A DNA stretch of 38,789 nucleotides from Octopus bimaculoides (lineage: Eukaryota). The notes below the pieces were generated by a model, which was not told the DNA's origin, searched no databases, and saw nothing but the letters and a program-made list of their open reading frames with translations. Below are positions 1 through 10,690 of the stretch, in pieces (the stretch's first letter is position 1; every line of letters begins with the position of its first letter). The DNA lies in the NCBI RefSeq assembly GCF_001194135.2, contig NC_069000.1:29617287-29656075 (forward strand), written 5' to 3'. A program made the position numbers and the translations under genes.

Positions 1-62
<62 letters not shown>
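1..62. repeat. (TC)n microsatellite
   Basis: Pure TC dinucleotide run from the window start. Confidence 0.98.
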
Positions 63-67
<5 letters not shown>

Positions 68-139
68 ATCTGCTCTCTTTTCCTATGTGCTCCTTTGCCT
101 ATCATTTCTAATGCCATTCATTTTAACCAACAGACCGAA

Positions 140-177
140 AGACATTGAAACAGACAGCGAACAGACATATAGCAAGC

Positions 178-210
<33 letters not shown>

Positions 211-420
211 GTCAGACAGACAGTCTGATAGACAGATATAGAAACGGTCTATTAGATACTCTGACAATTGGGAAGGTACGACCAGTCAACGAAACAGACA
301 GTTAGACAGACGTTCTGTCAGACACCGGGACAAAAAAGCAGTCAAAGCCCGAGACATAGAGAACTACCATAGTCAGACAGGGAATTAGACAGAGATGGAT
401 GGATGAACAAGCAGTTCAAA
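140..420. repeat. Degenerate (CAGA)n tetranucleotide repeat region
   Basis: Pure cagacagacaga run at about 175-212, decaying into GACA/GATA variants on both sides. Confidence 0.85.
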
Positions 421-714
421 TAGTGAACAGACACTTTATATGGATTCCAGTCAATATTCAAACTGGGAACCCTGCTGTTCTATCTTGCAATAGGAAAACT
501 ATGTGAAGGCACATCTGATTTTTATATTTGTTATTGAGGCTGAGACCGCGCTGACACAGCACGGTCACGTGCCTACTGACACGTGGGCTCTCCTGACCTT
601 CTCCTTTCCATATATGGTAATACATATTTTCGCAGTATCTATGTGTACACATGTGTGCGTGTAGTAAAATGGGCACGTGTCTGAGTTTGTTTGAATGACT
701 ATATCAATATATTA

Positions 715-770
<56 letters not shown>

Positions 771-985
771 TGTTTTATAGTGGAACACAGCTTGTTGAAT
801 GAGTACAAGCTTGTATTATGTGTGAATAAGATATATAAACGTGTCTGCATATATGTATGTATATAGATATACGTAGTTATAAGGTATATATGAACAAGTT
901 AATAGTTGTGTGTTTATATTTACATTTATTTATGTGTGTATAAGTCTGTCTGTGTGTGTATATATATCGTTTATATATATATATA

Positions 986-1097
986 TATAAATATATAAAA
1001 GGATAAAGAGAGTAATGGTAAGGTTGGAAATATATTTCATGGATAAAATATATTTCCAACCTTACCATTACTCTCTTTATCCTTTTATATATTTATA
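986..1097. repeat. Perfect inverted repeat (52-bp arms, 8-nt loop)
   Basis: 986-1037 is the exact reverse complement of 1046-1097; loop catggata. The ORF track shows the same peptide MVRLEIYF on both strands. Confidence 0.95.
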
Positions 1098-1333
1098 NNN
1101 NNNNNNNNNNNNNNNNNNNNNNNNNNNNNNNNNNNNNNNNNNNNNNNNNNNNNNNNNNNNNNNNNNNNNNNNNNNNNNNNNNNNNNNNNNNNNNNNNNNN
1201 NNNNNNNNNNNNNNNNNNNNNNNNNNNNNNNNNNNNNNNNNNNNNNNNNNNNNNNNNNNNNNNNNNNNNNNNNNNNNNNNNNNNNNNNNNNNNNTATATA
1301 TAAACGATTGTGGGTATGTATGTATACATATAT

Positions 1334-1377
<44 letters not shown>

Positions 1378-1518
1378 GTATATGTATAAATATCTATATG
1401 TATGTATGGGAGTACATATGTCTCTGTACCTCCACACACGCACGCCATCATGTTTATATGAATACACACAACAGTTACTTTCCCTTCAAATTACAAGCTT
1501 ACTACTAAAGAGCCAGTT

Positions 1519-1561
<43 letters not shown>

Positions 1562-1998
1562 CGCGCTGTATATTTGGAAAACAAATGTGGATAAGTCATC
1601 GAAGGAAAGTCTTTAATAAGAGGTCTGCTCGAGCTATGGCTAAACACTTAACCAATAACTATAACGAAACAACAACGCAAACATCTACACCACTGCCACC
1701 ACAACCACTACAGCACCATAATCAATATTACACACCACTTCTATCTCAAATGCTGTAGTATAGACAGACACTACACCACTACGAATGCACCACCACTTCA
1801 TCACAATCACTAATCTACATCAACCACCACCACCACTACCATCACCATCATTATGATTACTCCACTAACGTTATAATCTACTATTATATCACTAACGCAT
1901 TAAATCAACCACTGCCAGTACAACCATGCCACTATAACCGTATTTTATATTTATTATAACCGCAAGAGCAACACGAAGAAATTCACGATTAGACAACA

Positions 1999-2389
<391 letters not shown>

Positions 2390-2535
2390 TATTATTATAA
2401 CAGCTGTAATTTATTTGCTGATGAATAAAGAAAACATCTAACCGTCTTCCACAATCACATTCACGTGTCCTATCCAAACTGGACATACACAGAGATATAC
2501 GCTTTCAGATTTACATGTGTCTGCATTTGCATGGA

Positions 2536-2542
2536 GACAGAC

Positions 2543-2604
<62 letters not shown>

Positions 2605-2618
2605 GTAGGTAGGTAGAA

Positions 2619-2669
<51 letters not shown>

Positions 2670-2670
2670 G
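2536..2670. repeat. (AGAT)n/(AGAC)n compound microsatellite
   Basis: Direct reading. Confidence 0.97.
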
Positions 2671-2960
2671 GGAGATAGACAAACATGAACACACACACAC
2701 ACACGCATATATTCACACACATGCACAGATACACACATACACACATATTCATACATATTTATGCGTGTGTGTATTTAATTTGTTAAGCATTACATATATA
2801 TAATGAACAAATCATTTATTAACCATCATGCGCGCGCGCGCGTGTGATGGTCTTCGAAATACTATGAGAGTCAGACGAATGTGTCCATCTGTTGCTACAG
2901 CGACAGTGTGCCAGAAAGTCATTCATTACACAGTCACCTGAATGTCATTCATGCTTTGCA

Positions 2961-2995
<35 letters not shown>

Positions 2996-3042
2996 GCACG
3001 CGCACACGCACACACAGGCACGCACACGCACGCACATGTACT

Positions 3043-3074
<32 letters not shown>

Positions 3075-3119
3075 CACCTGTGTATACATATTCGAGTATA
3101 GCTAGGTGTAGGTGTATTG

Positions 3120-3169
<50 letters not shown>

Positions 3170-3178
3170 GTATGTATG

Positions 3179-3216
<38 letters not shown>

Positions 3217-3737
3217 CATATGCATGTGTGTGTATGTGTGTTTGTTTCTGTGCGTAGGATATATATATATATATATATATATANNNNNNNNNNNNNNNNN
3301 NNNNNNNNNNNNNNNNNNNNNNNNNNNNNNNNNNNNNNNNNNNNNNNNNNNNNNNNNNNNNNNNNNNNNNNNNNNNNNNNNNNNNNNNNNNNNNNNNNNN
3401 NNNNNNNNNNNNNNNNNNNNNNNNNNNNNNNNNNNNNNNNNNNNNNNNNNNNNNNNNNNNNNNNNNNNNNNNNNNNNNNNNNNNNNNNNNNNNNNNNNNN
3501 NNNNNNNNNNNNNNNNNNNNNNNNNNNNNNNNNNNNNNNNNNNNNNNNNNNNNNNNNNNNNNNNNNNNNNNNNNNNNNNNNNNNNNNNNNNNNNNNNNNN
3601 NNNNNNNNNNNNNNNNNNNNNNNNNNNNNNNNNNNNNNNNNNNNNNNNNNNNNNNNNNNNNNNNNNNNNNNNNNNNNNNNNNNNNNNNNNNNNNNNNNNN
3701 NNNNNNNNNNNNNNNNNNNNNNNNNNNNNNNNNNNNN

Positions 3738-3779
<42 letters not shown>

Positions 3780-4186
3780 CGAATCGATACGTGAACTTGA
3801 TATATATACATTGTCTTAAAGATGTATGTATTGTGTATGTTCATTTGTGTGTATGTATGTGTGCGTGTTCGAGCGGTTTGTTACATGTGTATATATAATG
3901 CAGGTATTATTAGTGTGTGTGTGAGAGTGAGGGGGGAGAGAATGGGGTGAGAGACAATCAGTCAGACACAGATAGTGAATGAAACAGGAGGATTGATGAG
4001 TGGATAGATAAACGTAATGAAGGAAATGTAGTTCTCTGCCTGAAGCGTGATAGGCGGAGGACTATGATGCAACAGTGGCGGTTTTTTGAGTGAGAATCAT
4101 TGTATTTGTTGAGTGAAAGAGTGACGTAGGTTTAGTAATAGAGAAAGTAGAGAAACAGAGGATTAGAGAGCTTTAGTAGGAGCAGA

Positions 4187-4261
<75 letters not shown>

Positions 4262-4509
4262 GCAGACAGACAGACTGACGGGTAGGCAGGTGGACAGCTA
4301 GACAGATAGATAGACAAACAAATAAACAGAAAAATTGACAGTAGTCATTGAGAAACATTCAGATAGAAAGACATAACAGAAATCAGTTGTGGAGATAAAC
4401 AGAAAATCAGATGACAGACGATAGTTAGTGGGTGTAGAGAAAAAGAGGAAATAAGAAATACTAAGTAGAAGTGAAACAGAGATAAAGAAGAGGAAATTTG
4501 AGAGAAGGA

Positions 4510-4591
<82 letters not shown>

Positions 4592-4630
4592 AGAAGAAGA
4601 AGAAGAAGAAGAAGAAGAAGAAGAAGAAGA
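4187..4630. repeat. Purine-strand repeats (GA)n, (AAAG)n, (AAG)n
   Basis: GA run about 4187-4255; AAAG then AAG runs about 4503-4630. Confidence 0.95.
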
Positions 4631-4884
4631 TATACAAAAGAAAAATGAAAGAGAAGAATGGAAGTAATAGAGAGAAAATTTGGAAGATCTCGAAATAATT
4701 TGGGGGTTGTTATGCTCACTGATTGTGTGTGTGAGAAAAATAAGAGACAGAGATAGCTTGAGAGAAAGAGAGGTCAAAGTAAAAGAGATAGGGTAAGTGA
4801 GGGAAATGGAAAGCAAGTAATTTTGTTTGTATGAGTTCTTATTTATTCGACAGAATTTGTAGTATTTTCTAGCGATTGATAAAG

Positions 4885-5105
4885 GATTTGTAAGGTCACG
4901 CAAATATTGATAACGGATTTGTTTTGTCACCTAAACATTGAAAGGGGACTTGTAGGGACCCAAACATTGACTGAGAATATGAAAACTTTGTAGAGTCACT
5001 GGAACATAGACAAACAATTTGTAAAGGATTTGATCCAAATATTGACAGAGAATGGTAGAGACACAAGCAGAAGATTTGTAAAGTCACATAGGTAGAGGAT
5101 TTGAA
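4885..5105. repeat. Degenerate minisatellite, about 31-bp unit
   Basis: Units gatttgtaaggtcacgcaaatattgataacg / gatttgttttgtcacctaaacattgaaaggg / gacttgtagggacccaaacattgactgagaa, followed by more decayed units. Confidence 0.65.
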
Positions 5106-5329
5106 GTATGGTGCATTTATAGAAGGTGGATGTGTGGTACTTCAACAGTAAACGGTCTACAAACCTCAGAATTGTAGAACTAAGATATGGGTAAAATGGT
5201 AAAAGTAAAAAACAAAACAAGCAAGTGGAAATAACGTTTTTACGGATTGCTATTGTATTTCTATTGTGCATAATAGATACAATTTTACTTAGATTGAAAA
5301 CCTGCTGAAATAGGAAATAACAAAAATGC

Positions 5330-7060
5330 GATCCATTCGTGAAAATCAACATATTGTTTAGTGACAGTCAGAACTTTGCTTGAAACCCAAAGGTCGTAGC
5401 ACATCAATTCTAGGTTCTTGTTTCCTTTCATTTGTTCAACTACGTCATTACCTTCGCCATTTTGCATTCTCCTACAATTACATTTGCACCGTCCAGCAAA
5501 TCTCCCTGCACATAGTCTACCAGTCAATCATAATATTAGATTTTCTTCTTAAAAAGCTGTTGCGTTCATGAGTATTTCGATTGCAAAAAGAGAACACCAT
5601 TTCTAAACTTTCGCGTAATTTGTTGTTCACATAATAGGAGACTGAATTTTCATTTCGGAGAGAAAATTTGTAGAAATTGTCCAGTGTGTGAGATACACCT
5701 CTTAGTTACATCCTTGTTGGTGCCCAGAACTTCGTTTCTCATACCAGATTCTAAATTCCTATTGAATGCAATTGTTGATGTTTCACTACCTGTATTATGA
5801 GACTGGTGAAGGACCGTGAGCGTGTACTAATATTCCAGATACTAGACACCCACTCGAGCTATGAAATGGTGTTCCTGACAAACGGAGACCATGATAACCG
5901 TCCTGGAATCTCTCTAGATGGTGTAATCTCTGTCCTTACCTCTGTATCATCAACCACAGCATACCGATCACTCCACGTGATGGTATTAGCAACAAGTGGG
6001 ATGACTTTTAGACCAGCAGAACACTTCCATTCCACAAGAAGTAAAAGAGTGGTGTATGGCAACCAAACCTTAGTATATTTCGAAGGTGGTGTACGTGTTC
6101 GTAATTGGTGCCCAACCTTTCAGAGCTTCTTCTCAGCATATTTCTGTGTGATTGTTTACCCAGTTTGTAACCTCATATCTATTCATCTCAAGGTCTAGAC
6201 CCAACCACGGTCCAAACAACTTAACCGGATTGTCGATACAGTGACAGACGTTATCCTTGTGAATTTACCTATCTAAAGTGGCGAGTTGCAAATTCACCAA
6301 CTTGTCCCGCTTAATGAGTGCTCCAATTAACATCTCGATTTCCTTCAGTATGATGCCAACCATCTCGATTTCTGAGATATCCCACATTAAGATGGTGACG
6401 TCATCGTACACCGACGCAGTTCTTGTGTTCGAGCAGAATGTCTCTCAATGCGTCTGACATCTGTGACAGGATCAAAAGCCAAAAACCATAGGAGTAACAA
6501 GAGGGAATACTTTTGACCGTGCAAGAGTGTTCAAAATGGCCATTTATTCTGACCATCTACGAGATGCTACTGTAGACAGAATCAGTCTAGCCCCTGAAAA
6601 CAGGACCGAAAATATTCCCTCTTGTTACTCCTATAGATATCGTTGATCCTGTTCAAAGATTTAGAGTAATCAAATTTGATGTATCTTATGAGATGTTGTT
6701 CTCGGATAGATTTGCACAGGTCTGTACGGCACCGACAGCACAACCGAGGACAAGCGCCAACTTCTTTATTGCTATTTTGATCAAAGTATTTAATCTTCAT
6801 TTATCAAAGAAGTTATTGATATCTTCCTTGTTTTCGTCTTTCCTCGCCATAGCACTCCCGGCTCCAACATTTTGTTGCCAATTGTGATAGACGTTTGACA
6901 CGACCGTAGAAAACGTGTCTGGAATGTACAGTAAAGCTCAACAAGCTGAACATCCCAACTCGGTAATTTTCCCTTCACAAAGCCTCTTAGTTAACACCTT
7001 CGTATCTCTGCTGCTTAATGGATTTTCGCAGCAATCCACGTCTCCTGATGAGAAATACTG
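5330..7060 (-). pseudogene. L1/Tx1-clade LINE ORF2 remnant (RT plus C-terminal region), many stops and frameshifts
   Basis: Manual minus-strand translation gives KKLALVLGCAVGAVQTC, IKFDYSKSLNRI (LDQSKAFDRV), VRINGH, LLWFLAFDP (PLLYVLALEP), SVYDDVTI (SAYADDVT), GVIGMLWLM, WSPFVR, STIAFNRNL, LDNFYK, MAKV. Same family as the copies at 16.4 and 27 kb. Confidence 0.85.
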
Positions 7061-7399
7061 TAGGATATTAAGGTAGATGTAAAAGTCCACCGTTTCCAAT
7101 CCACCACTTTCTCTAAGTATTTAAGTGAAATAATTATTTTAAGGAAATTGTTCCGCCTCAGCCGTTTTCGTAGCTTTATGTTGCATCTTTTTTTTTTATT
7201 TTTATCTTTGCTTTTGTGTTTTCTCCGACGGTTTGTAGATTTTCATCTGCAGCTATCATTTATTTCTCATCGCACGACTATGATGATTGCCACTGTTAGA
7301 GGACGACTTCTTTGCTAATCTATTTCTAATATTGAGGCATAAAAGGGATACGTCTTGCCTTCCTCAGAGTTCTGATTGATGCTGCTTTGGAAACTGAGG

Positions 7400-8130
7400 T
7401 TTGTTGTATTTTTTGCTGGTGATCTTCATTATTTTTGTCTCTGTTCACTTTCTCTTTCTGTTTGTCTGACTATATATATCTCTCTCTCCTTTTATTTGCT
7501 TAGCCTCGCTAGATTTCGTCAGAGCAATCACCACTGAGGTGATTCTTACAAGTATAGCAATTAAGCTTTTTGCCCTTGTACCATCAATCTCATGCCGTTT
7601 GCCTCGCTGCCTTCCACTTGGAACAGTTCCGGTATGGTCTTGTAACCTTCGGGGATCATTTGGACTTGCAAATGCATTTTAACATCCTCTGACCATATAT
7701 TGCCTCTCGTTGGCCTCACTGAAACCACTCGACCATACTGCGATACAAAAGTGCCTACTAGCTACAGATCTACATCGTTTGCGAGGTCTCCTTTTGTTAT
7801 TCTTGCATTTCTTTGATCCATGTACAGGAACACAAATGTATAGTCGGAGATATGTCTGACAATTTCAACTTATGTTTTTGGTTGGGTCTTCAGTTTTGTG
7901 AGTGCAGTTAACAGTGCCGTAACATTTTCCCTTTTCCTTTGCGAGTGTTTCTTCCGAGTTGTACTAAAACGCTTGTACTTTCTGTCATGAGTGTTTATTT
8001 TGCCCATTTCCGTACTTTCGGAAGTACAGTTATATTATTTTTCTCTTTGTTCTTTCCTGGATTAGTTCCTGTGGTAAAGAGACGTTATTAGATCTTACAA
8101 AATAGTCCCAAGTACAATTTTATCGATGGG
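7400..8130 (-). pseudogene. L1/Tx1-clade ORF1 remnant with gag-like zinc knuckle
   Basis: Minus strand FLYMDQRNARITKGDL...MRLMVQGQK.CYTCKNHLSGDC, a CCHC-like knuckle. Lies upstream of the RT remnant on the same strand. Boundaries are approximate. Confidence 0.6.
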
Positions 8131-8307
8131 GAGACAGTGAATAGTCCAAATATTCTGTTCAATTCCTGTTGTGCAAAGATGCACTAAGACACAACTATTG
8201 TATCAACGAATTATAGTGTAGGACTCCGTACAAGAGTCGCCAGTGCTGTAGTTACTATGGCTATCTTTGAAACTGCTTGAGTGTTAGAAATATTTTTGCT
8301 CATAATC

Positions 8308-8414
8308 TTATTTCTTTATTGCCCACAAGGGGCTAAACATAGAGGGGACAAACATGGACAGACAAAGGGATTAAGTCGATTACATCGACCTCAGTACATA
8401 ACTGGTACTTAATT
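8308..8414 (-). mobile_element. SINE 3' half (same body as the aaggcggcgagctgg family, different tail)
   Basis: Reverse complement aagtaccagttatgtactgaggtcgatgtaatcgact matches the SINE body at about 17065-17102 and 24500-24537. The tail then reads ccctttgtctgtcc...tagccccttgtgggcaataaagaaat. Confidence 0.8.
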
Positions 8415-8724
8415 TTTTGTTCATTCAGTCGTATTTTGGTTTTGTATTGTTATTTCTTTTTCGTTTAAGTTGTGTAGTATGTTCGGTACCCAATAGGATG
8501 TGAAAATGAAATGTGAGAAAATAAATAAATTTTGTTTTTCTTTCTCCACCGAACTGACCAAGACTGTATATTTACCTCCCTCAGTAAGGTGGTTACGTAC
8601 TTCCTGCCAGCATGTCTGATGGGTCGTCTGTATTGCTAAGTGCAAAAGTACGGACGAAACCAATAACTTTCTGACGGATCATTTGCCATAATCAAGAATA
8701 TAGAAATCAGCTATATAAAAGTGT

Positions 8725-8778
<54 letters not shown>

Positions 8779-9504
8779 NNNNNNNNNNNNNNNNNNNNNN
8801 NNNNNNNNNNNNNNNNNNNNNNNNNNNNNNNNNNNNNNNNNNNNNNNNNNNNNNNNNNNNNNNNNNNNNNNNNNNNNNNNNNNNNNNNNNNNNNNNNNNN
8901 NNNNNNNNNNNNNNNNNNNNNNNNNNNNNNNNNNNNNNNNNNNNNNNNNNNNNNNNNNNNNNNNNNNNNNNNNNNNNNNNNNNNNNNNNNNNNNNNNNNN
9001 NNNNNNNNNNNNNNNNNNNNNNNNNNNNNNNNNNNNNNNNNNNNNNNNNNNNNNNNNNNNNNNNNNNNNNNNNNNNNNNNNNNNNNNNNNNNNNNNNNNN
9101 NNNNNNNNNNNNNNNNNNNNNNNNNNNNNNNNNNNNNNNNNNNNNNNNNNNNNNNNNNNNNNNNNNNNNNNNNNNNNNNNNNNNNNNNNNNNNNNNNNNN
9201 NNNNNNNNNNNNNNNNNNNNNNNNNNNNNNNNNNNNNNNNNNNNNNNNNNNNNNNNNNNNNNNNNNNNNNNNNNNNNNNNNNNNNNNNNNNNNNNNNNNN
9301 NNNNNNNNNNNNNNNNNNNNNNNNNNNNNNNNNNNNNNNNNNNNNNNNNNNNNNNNNNNNNNNNNNNNNNNNNNNNNNNNNNNNNNNNNNNNNNNNNNNN
9401 NNNNNNNNNNNNNNNNNNNNNNNNNNNNNNNNNNNNNNNNNNNNNNNNNNNNNNNNNNNNNNNNNNNNNNNNNNNNNNNNNNNNNNNNNNNNNNNNNNNN
9501 NNNN

Positions 9505-9554
9505 AGAAGAAGAAGAAGAAGAAGAAGAAGAAGAAGAAGAAGAAGAAGAAGAAG

Positions 9555-9583
<29 letters not shown>
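9505..9583. repeat. (GAA)n microsatellite
   Basis: Direct reading; source of the poly-E in ORF 8723..9772. Confidence 0.97.
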
Positions 9584-9584
<1 letters not shown>

Positions 9585-9585
<1 letters not shown>

Positions 9586-10690
9586 GCCCAATGGTAAGAG
9601 AATTAAGGATATTGAGGTGGATAGGTACAAGTGTCTGGGTATTTTGGAGTCCGACAAAATCGAGGAGAGTGTGATGGAGGGAAGTTTTAGGCGAGAATAC
9701 CTCAGGAGAACCAAATTAATGATGGAGAGTAGATTCAGTGGGAAGAACAAGGTCTGGGCAAAGAATACCTGAACTGTCTCCTTAATATGATATGGCACAG
9801 GTGTTGTTAGACGAACAAAGAACGAACTTGAGGAAATGGATAGAAAAACCAGGCAAGTGATGACATCGGACAAGGGACTGCACCCAAAGAGCGATGTCGT
9901 TAGAATGTATATGTCTAGAAACAAGGGAGGAAGAGGTTTTATAGGATGCAAGCTCTGTGTCGTCAAAGAGGAAAACAGTCTGGGATGGTACGTGAAACAG
10001 CAGAGACACACCAAAAAGAATTTAAGAAAGACAGAGAGTAAAGATTGAACAACTGGGAAATGAAAGTGATGCATGGGCAATACTCAGAGAAATGGACGGG
10101 AAAGACAAGACCAACACTTGAAGGTGGCTAAGGAAAAGTGATCTGAAAGGATGCACTGAGACATTGGTATGCAACGCTCAAGAACAAGCTCTGAGAACTA
10201 ACTACACTAAGTTTCAAATAGATAAGAGTAAGGAATCACTTTTTTATAGGATGTGTAACAACAAAAATGAAACAGTTTCACATACTATGAGCAAGTGTAG
10301 TAATTTGTCTGAAAAGAAATTTAAAAAAGGATGCATTTTAACGTACCAATGTATATTTATTGGAGATTGTGTGAGAAGTGTGATCTTGAAAGGACATTGA
10401 AAGGATACGAGCATAAACCAGGTATTACCGAGAATAATGAGTATAAGATCTTGTGGGATTTTACAATCCAGTATGATTCAGTGATTGATACTCGGAGAGC
10501 AGACATTGTTGTAGCTGATAAATGATGAAAGAAACCAAGATCATAGACATGGCCATACCTGCGGATGTACGAGTGCAGGATAAAGAATTGGAAAAGATTG
10601 AGTAGTACAAGCCACAAACATATGAAATTGCATGAATATGGGCAATAGAGGAAGTAACTGTCATCCCAGTAGTTGTAGAGGTATTGGGAG
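9585..10690 (+). mobile_element. R4/Dong-like (RLE-type) non-LTR retrotransposon fragment 1: RT thumb, CCHC finger, RLE
   Basis: YKCLGI, LHPKSDVVRMYMSRNKGGRG, MHGQY, AQEQALRTNY, RMC...ETVSH..SKC, KILWDFTIQYD...RRADIVV, IIDMAIP, IPVVVEVLG; frameshifted. Confidence 0.9.

Noticed and set aside
8723-9772. Poly-E/ER protein ORF
   Set aside because: It is (GA)n plus gap plus (GAA)n running into the Dong fragment, not a gene.
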